A stretch of DNA of 64,000 nucleotides, from NCBI RefSeq assembly GCF_018977255.1, contig NW_024704742.1, positions 87,918,001 to 87,982,000 on the forward strand, in the 5' to 3' direction. Shown piece after piece: positions 1-11,199 of the stretch; the stretch's first letter is position 1, and each line of letters opens with the position of its first letter. The position numbers and the translations under genes are program-made. This DNA comes from Callorhinchus milii. Taxonomy: Eukaryota. Below the pieces are notes generated by a model, which saw only the letters and a list, made by a program, of their open reading frames with translations, was not told the origin of the DNA and ran no database searches.

Positions 1-422
1 CCACCTCAACCACAATGCTGGGCTGCTCCCCTTCATCCCACTGGTGGATTGGTAGCCCCAAAGGCTTGTGGTATAAAATAGGGGCACTGGGGAGACAATC
101 ATGGGGACGCTTCAGAGTCAATCATGAGGGATTGTTGGGAGCCAATCATCGGGGTGCAAGACAGATAATCATGGGGTCCCTCAAGAAATGTCCCGATTTA
201 TATAGCCAGTCCACCACTGACCACTGAAACCCCTCCGAAGAAGCTGCACTCTTTTCTCCCATCCAACAATCTATCGGTGGAATTTCCACGTGTAGGTGGG
301 ATGCATGGAATTCTCAGTTTGGTTTGGATACTCTTAAGCATGGTGATGGGTTTCCGCATGTGTCAAGACACACTACTGACCAGATTTTTTTCCCCTCTCC
401 TGTCAAGCTCTCCCAAACTCAC

Positions 423-527
423 CTTATCTTTGAAATCCACATGGTTCTCCAGTATAGCTCTCTGGTACGTGGCTGTCCCGATATAGTCCTGCAGCGTGTT
501 CTGTTGTTGTGATAAACAGCCATGAAA
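423..527 (-). CDS. carm1l: CARM1-like (PRMT4 paralogue), exon equivalent to CARM1 exon 4; start of the SAM-binding core
   Basis: Acceptor ctttttctcttag| and donor |gtgagt, 105 bp, phase 0/0. Translates [35 protein letters not shown] versus recalled CARM1 [35 protein letters not shown]. Not in the ORF track in this frame. Confidence 0.93.
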
Positions 528-1304
528 CTAAGAGAAAAAGAGCATTGCCGTGTGGCATTATTTCCTGCAGGATGAGACAGGACATTCAGGGTTGTTTGGT
601 CTTGTGGTTTTGACAAAGCCATAGACACATGAACATTTACGGAAGGAAGTCTCTCTGCCCAATGGAGCCTACTGTCCATTCAATCCCACTGCCCAGCCCT
701 ATCCCTGCAACCCTTCAAGCCTCTATCTTTCATGTACTTGTCTACTACCCTCTCGAAACCCGCAATGGATTCTGCTTCTCCCATCTTACTTGGAAGAGCA
801 TTCCACGACCCAACAACAATTTGAATGAAAGAGAATCCTCCTAAGCTCTCCTTTCGCTCCTTGCCTTTATTTACTTACCAGTAACACTGAGAGCTTGAAT
901 TTCCGAGATTTCCAAAAGGAATTGGTAAACAGGGAACATACAGATACCAGATCTGTCACAGGCTGACCCTCCTCCTCAGTTTCCACTTCTGGATTGCAAC
1001 TGCTGGGACATCGTGTCCGACCGGAGGTTCAGATCCCTTATTTACCAATCCACAGCCGATCACAGATCTGTACTTCTTCGCTTACCTCACACTGAGCTGT
1101 ACGCTCCCAGTCCCAAGCTCTCCACTGTTAGCTCATTCGAAGTCTGCAACTTGCATTTGTATAGTGCTATCAAAATGAAAGAATGCCTCAAAGCACTTTT
1201 TTAAAAAAAAACAAAGAATATGGAGCTAAAGGTTATTCGTAAGTAAGAGGAGATAAATTATAAGATAGTCAGTCGGATTTCTAATAGGAAGTTTAGGAAG
1301 ATAA

Positions 1305-1695
1305 AGTTTCAGTTATATGGAGAGACTAGAGAGGATGGTATTGTTCTCCTTAGAACAGAGAAGGTTAAGGGGAGGTTTAATAGAGGTGTTCAAACTTATG
1401 AGGGGTTTTGATAGAGTAAATAAGGAGAAACGGTTTCCTCTGACGAGGACCAGAGAGGAGTCAAGGAGAATTTTTTTTACCCACAGAGAGTTGTTATGGT
1501 CTGGGATGCATTGCCTGAAAGGGTGGTGAAAGCTGATTCGATGGTTGCTTTCAAAAGGGAATTGGATATGTACTTGAAAAGGAAAAATTTGCAGAGCTAT
1601 TAGGGTAAGAGCAAGGAGTAGGACTAGTTGGATAGCTCTTTCAAAGAGCCGGCATAGGCACAATGGGCCGAATGGCCTCCTTCTATGACTGTATG
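1305..1695 (+). mobile_element. CR1 LINE 3' fragment
   Basis: LFSLEQRRLRGGLIEVFKLMRGFDRV (CR1 ORF2 C-terminus) followed by a 3'UTR ending gggccgaatggcctccttct. Confidence 0.88.
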
Positions 1696-2594
1696 GTTGG
1701 TGAAAGGGTGGAACTTGCTTCAGGAAGCTGCAGATGAGGCAAAAAGTATCAATGTATTCAAGAGAAAACTTTATGCATACTTGAGGGAGAGGGTATAGCA
1801 GGGGTGGGAGCTCTCTTGTAGTATAAACCCCAGCATGAACGAGTTGGACTGAACAGTCTGCTTCCGTGCTGTATCACTATGTAACTCTTTGTAAGATGGT
1901 AAATAGGACGTAGAAAATAAACCCAGAATAGTTGCACATAAGCCAAGACAGTATGACCAGAATGTGCAGGTTCAGGGGTTGTTAAACGTAATCTTTGGGA
2001 TAGATACCACCAGGGAGTGTTCCTTTACACAGGGGAGTAACCAACAGCTGGTACAGGATATCAGGAATGGTGGTAGAAAGCAGGAATTTGGGAGTTGGTA
2101 CAGTGGGTGTCCTATAAGAGTAGGAATCCCTTCCCTATCTTACCAGTAGACACATTATTAACAAAGCTCTTTCAAAAAAATTACTACTCCTTATTAAAAA
2201 AAACAAAGCTCAGGGTTGAACTGAGCCGTACAGACCTGGGACAGAGCTTCTTCTTCTGAACCCACTCCATCCTTCCTGGCCTGCTTCGTGTTCCCTGCCC
2301 CCTCCACTCCACCGTCAGTGGGTAGGCTTTCAGTCACTTTGCCCCTGCAACTTCCTTCCACCTGATCTCCCACTTTGCTCGAACTCCCACTCCGTCTCTG
2401 TGAAGCACTTTGAGTCATTCTTCTGGGTGAAAGGCTCTGCACAAGTGCAGGTTGCAGATCTTGTCATTTGTGTTAAGCTTGTGTTACATGGTTACAGCCG
2501 GTAACACTGGCACAGTATTGGGTTCTAACACTGGCACTGTCTACCCAGCAGCTGTTCCTCTGGCCATATGGTCGTCTGACTGTCTGTCTCTTAC

Positions 2595-2701
2595 CTGGAA
2601 GTATTGTGAGGCAGACGCATCCTCTGTCCTTTCGCTGATTGCTGAGCTGGCTTTACTGGAGTTTTTATGAACTTTTAACGAATTATAAAATGTAGAGAAC
2701 T
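2595..2701 (-). CDS. carm1l: CARM1-like, exon equivalent to CARM1 exon 3 (end of PH-like domain and alphaX helix)
   Basis: Acceptor ttctttttcatccacag| and donor CAG|gtaaga, 107 bp, phase 1/0. (E)FSTFYNSLKVHKNSSKASSAISERTEDASASQYFQ versus CARM1 [36 protein letters not shown]. Confidence 0.92.
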
Positions 2702-3634
2702 CTGTGGATGAAAAAGAATATTGTTAAGTTCCAATATTTGTCAGCTCTGACCTTTGCTTTTACCCACCAAGCCATTTCTCAGCTTAGTTGGCTGGGTGCT
2801 TCCCTGTTTACTTATTATAATAATAATCATCATCATAATAATAATCCTTGATTTGATATAGCTCCTTATCATGTCGTCAAGACATCTCAAAGAACTTCAC
2901 AAAATATACTGTCAAGTGGATTGACTGTATATTTTGTGGACGAAAGGTGGCAGCCAATTGCGCACAGCAGTGTCCCACAAACAGTCGTGGATTGAGTGAT
3001 CAAGTTATTATTATTTTTTTTGAGGCATTATTACCCTCGGTATCTGATTCTGTAGGTTCTGTGACTGGCGTTGAAACAGCCATGAAGTGAATGACCAGTC
3101 TTATCTGGGGAGACGGGAATTGTTGGCCCAGACACCGGGAGAAACTCCCTTCCCTTTTTAAACAATCCCCACAGGATCTTTCAACCTTTCACTGCGTGGT
3201 ACAAACAATGGGACATTCAATCAGACAATGATAAACTGTGAACAGCTCCACAGTACCATCTGAACTCTCTTCAGATCTGTCAACATTCCCCTCACTGGTG
3301 TTGTTTATTAAACTCTATACAGATGGAACATGCGAGTGAGGGTTCGAGATTTGCCAGTTCTGCGCCTGAGGTGCTAACACAATCAGCAGAGAGAAACATC
3401 AGGGTCCCACATTAAAAATCCACACAGCTTTCAGCTACTTGCCATGATCCTGGGGGAGGAATTCCAGTTACTCAATTTTTCTCAACATTTCGGAGCATCC
3501 CGAACATGGCACGTTGCTGAACTCAGTCCTAACTTGAATCCTGTTTCCTGTAGTTCTTAAAAAGAGGCTTAGGTGAACAGAGAAATCAAGGGGATATAAT
3601 GCCTTCAAATCTGAGGCTGTATTTAAGAATGAGC

Positions 3635-4012
3635 CAGATGGTTGTGGGTTCAAGCCCCACGTCAGGACTTGAAACCACATACTTTAAAATGACACTCAAA
3701 TGCAGTGCTGGGGGGGTGTTGCATTGTTGGAGGTGCCATCCTTCATATGAGACGTTCAGGTGGACATTAAAGATTCCATGGCAGTAATCAAAAAGAGAAG
3801 GGAGTTTCTCTCAGTGTCCTGGCCAATAATTCCCCAAATAAAATTGGTCACTCACTCTATGGCTGTTTGTGTGACACTGCTGTGCACAACTAACTGGCTG
3901 CTGGATTTCACTCAAAAAATGCACAGTCCATCCACTTTACAGTTTATCCTATGAAGCGCTTTAAGACATCTCAACAACATGATAAGGCACTATATCAAAT
4001 GCAAGGATTATT
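3635..4012 (+). mobile_element. Deu-domain tRNA-derived SINE
   Basis: ggttgtgggttcaagccccac B-box, Deu core (ggaggtgcc..tgagacgtt..ttcaggtggacattaaagattccatggca), and the shared L2-like tail ...tcaaatgcaaggattatt. Confidence 0.8.
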
Positions 4013-4239
4013 TTTATGTGCCAAATTCTGGATGATCTGAAACAACAGTTCTTCAACATAACATGTTGATGCCTTTCACAATAGGAGGAGATCTGAAAGA
4101 GCTTCACAGGATTTACTGCAGTCGCATCCCACTATAACACTAATGCCTACATGCCTTGGATTAGCCCACCTGTTCTATTTATAAAGACTGATACTCCATC
4201 TGATGTGGTCTGGTCTGGTGTGGTATTCCCCCTCCACCC

Positions 4240-4680
4240 AAGTTCTAGCTGTCTAGGCTCTGATTTTAAGGTTCCCCCTTGTAACAGATCTCTCTTCCAA
4301 GGGGAAAGGTCATCCATGATCTAACCTGTCACTTCCTTTTCCTTATTTTAAACACTTCAATCAAATCACTTCCTTTCCTCTTTATAAAAAAATTCCCAAT
4401 CTAGCAGGCTTCTTATCATAACTTGGCCCCTTCATATATTAAGGTAATGAACCATTGCGGACACTCTCTGAGGCTAGTAAAAATCCTTCATAAGTTTGAT
4501 TCCCCAAAACTGATCACATTATTCCAAATGAGGTCTGACCAGCCCTCTATATAACTGCAGTAATACCTCTTTGCTATTACATTTCACACCTCTAGTACTG
4601 AAGTCCCATTTGCTTTATTGACTGTTTCTGCATGTGTGAATTCGATTTTAGTTTAAAGTCTAGGGCCTTCAACCCCTAGA
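4240..4680 (-). mobile_element. Degraded CR1 ORF2 3' fragment
   Basis: The reverse strand shows CR1-type motifs (ggtcagacctcatttggaat, gatttgattgaagtgtttaaaat). Confidence 0.55.
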
Positions 4681-4739
4681 TCTGTCTGCTCATCTACCCC
4701 TCCTAGAGCATCCCCATTCAGAATATAAGAATAAATACA

Positions 4740-5165
4740 ATAATACTTGTATTAGATACCACCTCATGGTGTTGTCTAAACATCTCAAGGCACTTCGCAG
4801 GATGTACTGTAGAATGCAGTGACTGATTATTTGTGGGTGAACGTGGCAGTTAATTTTGCGCACAGTAATAACCCACAAACAAAAAATGCCCAATTTTATT
4901 TGGGGAATTGTTGGCCAGGACACCAGGAGAGAGAAACTCCCTTCTCTCTTTGAATAGTACCAAACTTTCACTTGAACAGGCAAACAGGGCCTCAGTTTAA
5001 CATCTTATCTGAAGGACAACCTCACTGACAAACCAGACCCCCTCACCCCCTGTACTGCATTGCAATATCAGCTATGTCTGTGAGCTCAAAGACCTGACGT
5101 GGGGTTTGAACCCACAACCTTCTAACTCAGAGGCGAGAGTGCTACCAACTGAGTCAGGCTGACAT
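4740..5165 (-). mobile_element. Deu-domain tRNA-derived SINE, near full length
   Basis: The minus strand starts tgtcagcctgactcagttggtagcactctcgcctctgagttagaaggttgtgggttcaaacccca (A and B boxes), followed by the Deu core and shared tail. Confidence 0.82.
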
Positions 5166-5574
5166 TTGCTCTCAATCTCTGAGACAAGGCAGTATCTCAG
5201 TAAGTTGTAATGAAATGTGGTAATTGGTAATTGAGAAGAGCAAATGGTAGGTCTGAAACCTTCAGGCTCAACCACTGTGCTGACAACAGTATGGGGAGCG
5301 AATGTTTTTATTCCCATCAATAGTGTTATTGACAGAGGCATGCTTCCTTAGGTTCAGACACTCTTTACAGCAAAGAGCCAACAACCAAATATCCATGACT
5401 GTACAGCAAGTGCCTTTGTTATTCCTAATGCTGTCCAGTGGCTTGTGACGTCCTCCCAAAGTGGAAGGTCTTATATAGTGAAATCTATTTTTATTAATGC
5501 AGTATTTGAAAAATCTAAATCTCTTCGCCGCTCTCACACGGCAATCACCAACTGAGCAACTTGCAGTTCTTTTA

Positions 5575-6872
5575 TTTGATCAGGCGGGTGTCTTAACACA
5601 TTCAGAAACCCACCACCATACCTAAAGAATATCCATTTGGTTAGCCACCCACATTTCCCTATGTCTGGAATGGAAATGCATGCTCTTTGCCTGGAGGGAC
5701 ACACTCTGCTTACCTAAGTCCAGAGAGTATTAGGCGCAGGTTGGCAAGAGCCAAGGCTTGGGGATCCCAGAGTGTGCATTGAGATACTGCTAGAGTCAAT
5801 CCACCTAAAACCACATAGCTTGCCATTGATATCGCTCTCTGGCAAGCTTTCCCACTGCTTGTCCAGCTGGGACCATCCTACCCATTAGGGCTTTGGTTTG
5901 TAGGGTTAACAGGAGCTGAATTGGAAGCAGCCCTTACACTCAATTGCACTTACAGCAGCTTGAGAACGGTGTGGGAATTCAGACCTCCCAATGCAATAAC
6001 ACTGCTAGTCTGGCAGGTACAGTAGGAACAGTCACAGGGGAAACTATCACAGGGGAAACCATGCAGAAGTAGCCAAAAAGAGTGGAGGCAATAAATCCAG
6101 CCTAATGTGGCTTCACGACCTGCACAGCGTGTGAAAGATATTGTGATCCTTCCAGTATATAACAGACCTGCAGCCAGCAGTTCTTTTTCTGTACAGGTTG
6201 TGCTGGCCTGCTCAGGAGCAAATTGCACGATTCCCAAATTGAGAAGAGTGGTTCCCACAGGATCCCGGATCTGTCCCTCAAGGCCTCTGCTCGGACTCTG
6301 GGAGCCTCCTCTGGCAAGCTTCACCGAGGTCAGCACTGAGATCGGTGTCCGAGCGGAACTCCAATGAGTCACCACAAAACACATCTGGACACGGGCAGGA
6401 ATGAGGCGTCAATGAATCTGGCACTTTAGAATCCCAGTTACCCACTGAGCCCCATAATGATTAAAATAATATTAATTCTTGCAATTGACCCAGCGCTTTA
6501 TGACGCCATCAAGACGTCTCAAAGAGCTTCACAGGATACACTATAAAGTGATGTGACCATATGTGTTTTGTGGGTGAAACACCTTGATAAAGGCTTGGGT
6601 CTAAGTTCTTCCTGAATGATGAGCCGACTATGTGGTTTTAGCAGGTTAGATTCCAGCAGTTACCCCAACGCACACTCTGGGATCCCCAAGCCTTGGCTCT
6701 TGCCAAGCTGCGCATAAAACTTTCAGGAATTAGGTAAGCAGAGAGAGAGTGCGCATTCCATTCCAACAATCTATCTCTGGGATTTCCATGTGTAGGTGGC
6801 ATCCAGTTTGGTTTCGATGCTCTTAAGCATGGTGATGGTTGTCAACATGTGTCAGACACCTCGTTGACCAAA
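5575..6872. repeat. Inverted pair of an unclassified ~250-bp repeat (5575-5820 and 6627-6872); partial third copy at ~263-385
   Basis: 5734-5777 matches the reverse complement of 6670-6713 at 43/44 nt. 263-385 aligns with 6763-6870 (ccaacaatctatc...ctcttaagcatggtgatgg...gacca). Confidence 0.85.
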
Positions 6873-7100
6873 ACAAAAATGAGCCAACTGGTTACCAAGT
6901 GAACACTCCAACATGGTGTGGGGGGAGGGGGGGAAGGACCCAGGCATGCCTGCCATTAACCCTCAGGACTCCGCTCAGATATCAAACTCAGTAAGTACAA
7001 ATGTCCAAATCGCTGTCCAGCGCCTTGGGATGTCCTCCCGACGTGAAACACACTATACACTATAATTACTATATATGTAATTTTGTATTGTATTGTGTGT

Positions 7101-7463
7101 GGAGTCCTGCAGCCTAATGGTTAGAGCACTTAGGACAAGCAAGCGGACCTGGGTTTAATTCCCAGCAGGGCGAAATGCTAGAGAAGTCTCCTTACTCCAC
7201 ACACCTCTGTTCACCTAGCAGCGAGTAGAAACCCGGTTGTTAGTTGATTTGCAGATTGCTTTTCCGGGGGTAATAATAAAAATAAAAAATGAATAATAAA
7301 TTGGTCACTCAATCCACAACTGTTTGTGGGACACTGTGCTGTGCGAGTTTCGCCCACAAAATATACAGTCAATTCACTTTTCAGTATATTCTGTGAAGAG
7401 CTTTGAGACATCTCAATGACGTGATAAGGCACGATATCAAATGCAAGGATTATTATTATTATT
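7101..7463 (+). mobile_element. tRNA-headed SINE (family A), full length
   Basis: ggagtcctgcagcctaatggttagagc head, body ccttactccacacacctctgtt, tail ...aatgcaaggattattattattatt. Confidence 0.85.
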
Positions 7464-9570
7464 GAGGCGGGATTGTGGCTAAAGGAGAAGCCAGGCAGCA
7501 GATCGATGTTGGAGCGAGCCACGTCCCGGATACCTGCAGGATTTAAGTTTTTTGGGACTTGCTCATGGCATTGTTGAGAAATCGCTGATGAGGTTCCCAG
7601 CGACCGGAAAGACGAGGAGCAATAGAGGGCAGACAGACTGGCGCATCTGTAAGCCAGTCTGCTGTATGTTTATTGTTAAACAGTGATTCCCAGGCGAAGC
7701 ACTTGTTTAATTTATTGCCGCTTTCTGACAAGAGTAGATAAGATGCACTGAATATATTGCTCCTCAGAGCACCCGGACGGCAGCGATTACACTTAAGAAT
7801 TGTAGGGGATATTGGGCCGTGCTCCCCGCTGTTTAACTGATGAATGCGCAGTAAAGCAGCGGTCACAGGCCCAGATAAATGGATTCCATATGTTTCTCCT
7901 CTATGACCCCAGGTCTCCCAATGCCTGCTGGTAAATGTCAGCGTCCTGTACCCAGAGCCCGTGCCCGAGTCACTGCCTGACTTTACCACAAATCAATAGC
8001 ATCAAGTCACTGTAATAATAATAATATTCCTTGCATTTAACAAGGACTTTAGTTTTTCTGTGTTTATTAATTTCATTTTTTTTAGAAATTTCGAGTTCTA
8101 TGTATGTAGTTATTATTATTGTCCAAAAATTGGACAGTTTCAGGGCTTTCAGTTACTGTAATGAGACAATTCAGACGTGCCTGCAGAGCATTCTCCTCCT
8201 CCATTACGCAGGTGTGTCTGGTGAAGTGTATGTATGTGAGAGGAGGGAGGCATTGCACAGGTGTGAGTGTGCCTCTCTTTGAGAGAGACACACGTGCGTG
8301 CGTGTGCGACTGTGTGCGTGAGTGTGAGCAGAAATACTGGAGCCCATGTCCTGTAAATGTCCATTAGCAGGATGACACCAGTGGCTTTTGGGTGGAGGCC
8401 AGGAAACCAGTGTGAAGGTGTGAACAGCTCATTGCTTGCCCATCTCACACCTGGGTAACGGGAAGATAAGACTACCCTGTGCCTGGGCTGACCTTTCTTT
8501 CTCTCACCAATGTGCTCCCCTCCTTTTTTCTTCTATTCCTCTACTTTGTTCGGTCAGCAGGGTGTCTGGCACATGCGCAAACCCATTATCATAATAATAA
8601 TAATAATTCGCCCACAAAATATACAGTCAATTCACTTTACAGCGAAGCACTTTGAGTCGTCTCGAAGATGTGATAAGGCGCTACACCAAATGCAAGGATT
8701 ATTATTATTTTATTATTATTATCATATCTAAAACCGACTGAGATTTCCACAGATGTATGCCACCAATGCATGGAAGTTACTCTGTGTCACACAAAGAGTA
8801 GTAGAAATCTGGAACTCACTCCCTCAAAAGGCTGTGGGTGCTGGATCCATTCAGATTTTCAAGATGGGTGTATAGATTTTTGTTAGGTCAGGGTATCTAG
8901 GGATATGGGCAAAGGCGGGTAAATGGAGTTGAGGTACAGGTCACACTTTGACCCATTATCCTACATGAAAGGTGCTACAGTGCAGCCTCGCTGCAATCCT
9001 TTTAGAACTAATTTGGTTATAATGTAGTCACAGAGTGGATCCCAGCAGCAAACAGCAAGTGACGTTGCTAGTGACCTGACAATCTGGAAGTTGGCCATTT
9101 TAACTTCCCTTGTTTAAAACGTGCCTGCCTGCCAGATCATCAAGGTGCCACTGATATCACTTCCTGCTTGGCACACACACCCCAAACAGGAAGAGATGTC
9201 GGCAAGGAACCAGTGACTTGCAAGATAAGCAGGAGAACCAGCCAGAGTGTAGAGTGAAAGGGATGAAACCAGCTACTGCACCTCGCTAAATGAATTGTGA
9301 CCACCACGGCATAACGGCTCCACTGGACATGGATACAGATTGTGGTTTTATTGCTCTCCAGTACTGCATCCAAGTGGCCATTATAGATGTTTAAGGTTTA
9401 ACACTGAATATCATAAAGGCCTGATATCTACAGGGCTCACTGGACAGTGATGAGGAGTAGGAGATTTCTGTACCCCAGGGCCATGACGCCTGACTGACTT
9501 ACCCTCCCTACCTCAGCTCAAATTGACTGCCGTGTTCTCTCACAAAAGACAAAATCACTACACTTTACAG

Positions 9571-9941
9571 TGGAGTCCAGTATCGCAGTTGTTAGCGCGT
9601 TCACCTCACAAGTGAGAGGTCCCAGGTTCTACCCTCGGCAGGGCAAAACCTTCGGCAAGCTTCCTTACTCCACAGGCCTCTGTTTACCTAGCAGTAGGTA
9701 GGAACCCGGTTGTTAGTCGATTAGCGGATCACTTTCCGGGGGTAATAGTCCCTCCCCCCAAAAATTGGTCAATCAATCCATGACTATTAGTGGGAGAGTG
9801 CTGGGAGCAATTGGCTGCCGCATTTTACCCACAAAATAGACAGTCAATCCACTTTAGAATATATTCAGTGAAGTGCTTTGAAATGGCTCAATGACGTGTT
9901 AATGCGCTATATCAAATGCAAGGATTATTATTATTATTATA
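9571..9941 (+). mobile_element. tRNA-headed SINE (family A), full length
   Basis: Same head, body and tail as 7101-7463; (ATT)n end. Confidence 0.85.
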
Positions 9942-10038
9942 ATTTCCCGTGAACCGGCTCGAGACGTCCTTTTGATGTGAAAGGAGCTGTACCTAACGTG
10001 AATTATTGTTGAATGGCTAAGAGGCAGTGAACACTCAC

Positions 10039-10164
10039 CGTTGGATGACCTAAACTGTAGCAGCACGCTGCTGTAACCCACTGTGATGAGAAAAGCTTGT
10101 TTCCCTACTCGGCAGCTTTCCGTCTCCCGGCTCATGACACATTTGAACACGCACATGCCATCTC
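10039..10164 (-). CDS. carm1l: CARM1-like, exon equivalent to CARM1 exon 2 (N-terminal PH-like domain)
   Basis: Acceptor cttctgtttctttcag| and donor G|gtgagt, 126 bp, phase 1/1. DGMCVFKCVMSRETESCRVGKQAFLITVGYSSVLLQFRSSN versus CARM1 DVCVFKCSVSRETECSRVGKQSFIITLGCNSVLIQFATPN. Lies within ORF 9899..10156. Confidence 0.93.
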
Positions 10165-10192
10165 CTGAAAGAAACAGAAGTCAGGTCAAGAT

Positions 10193-10795
10193 TCAGATTA
10201 CGCCTTCGTTCCCGTTTGGTTTACACTCAATAGCTGGTAGCGTCCCAGAGCGCTTGACAGTGGCTGAGCACGATGCCGAGCCAGGGAATGGGGGAGGTGA
10301 CCGTAGGGATGATCGAAGAGGAAGGTCTTCAGGCACGACCTGAATATAGGGAGGAAGGGGGCAAGGCAGAGGGATGGAGGGAGAATACTCCAGAGTTTGC
10401 AGGCGTAATGGCTGAAAGCGTGGCCACCAATGGTGGAATGGAGGGCACGAGGGACAAGCAGGAGGCCGGAGCCAGTCGAATGGAGGCAATGGGTAGTGGA
10501 ATGGGGAATAAACAGGTCGGACAGGTAGAGAGGTCCAAGGGCCTGAAGGGATTTGAAGACGAGTGAGAGGGTCTTGAAATCGATCCATTCGGTGACAGGG
10601 AGCCAGTGCAGCCTTGCTTGAACTAGTGTGATGGGGATATGGAGTATAGTGCGGTTGAGAATGCAGGCGACAGAGTTTTGGATTAACTGGATTTTGTGGA
10701 TAGTTGAGCTGGGGAAACCGGCGAGGAGGACATTTGAATAGTTGAGGTGGGAGGTGATGAACGCATAGATAAGTGTTTCGGCTGCATTTGGGAGA
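10193..10795 (-). mobile_element. L2 LINE 3' fragment
   Basis: ETLIYAFITSHLNYSNVLLAG...QLIQNSVA..RLHWLPV..IDFKTL...AFSHYACKLWS (L2 ORF2 C-terminus). Confidence 0.9.
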
Positions 10796-11199
10796 CAGAC
10801 GTACAGACAGAAACACACAGGCCGAGATAGATATACACATGAACACACACACAAAATCACTGCTCAAGCCTAGAAAACACCCACGTCAGCATGGGTGAAG
10901 AATTACTGTGAGCCTTTGACCTCACTGTACACTTGCCTGAGCCAGGCTGAGCTCTCTTTGTCCCTGCGGATCTGATCATTCCGACAATGATGACATCTGC
11001 CTGGTGATCTCTGTGTTAACTCATTCACAGTGTCTCCTGTTTGGCTCGGGCCTGTCTTTGCTCATCGGATAATGAAGGTGGAAATAGTTTGAGGAACGGA
11101 TAAAATCATCCCCCGAGCTGGATGCGGCCCACGGGCCACCAATTGGACCACCTTGTTCTATGGCAATTGTCAACTATTTCTCCCCATAACAACAACTCT

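Noticed and set aside
477..524. Idea that RNA editing restores the carm1l active-site codons
   Set aside because: CAT to TAT and ACG to ATG would fit C-to-U editing, but GGG to Arg needs a G-to-A or G-to-C change, which known editing enzymes do not make. The sequence gives no support.
2194..2442. 82-aa minus-strand ORF resembling a terminal coding exon
   Set aside because: There is an in-frame TGA just upstream and no good acceptor, and its start (caacctgcacttgtgcagagcctttcac..ctcaaagtgcttcacag) is a reversed L2 tail.
7584..7612. CTGATGA-GGTT..GACC-GGAAA hammerhead-like string
   Set aside because: Extra G before GAAA, and stems I and III and an NUH cleavage site cannot be formed.
10193..10867. 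Long ORFs of 220-224 aa (similar ones at 23797-24426 and 48049-48636)
   Set aside because: L2 retrotransposon remnants or their antisense frames, not host genes.
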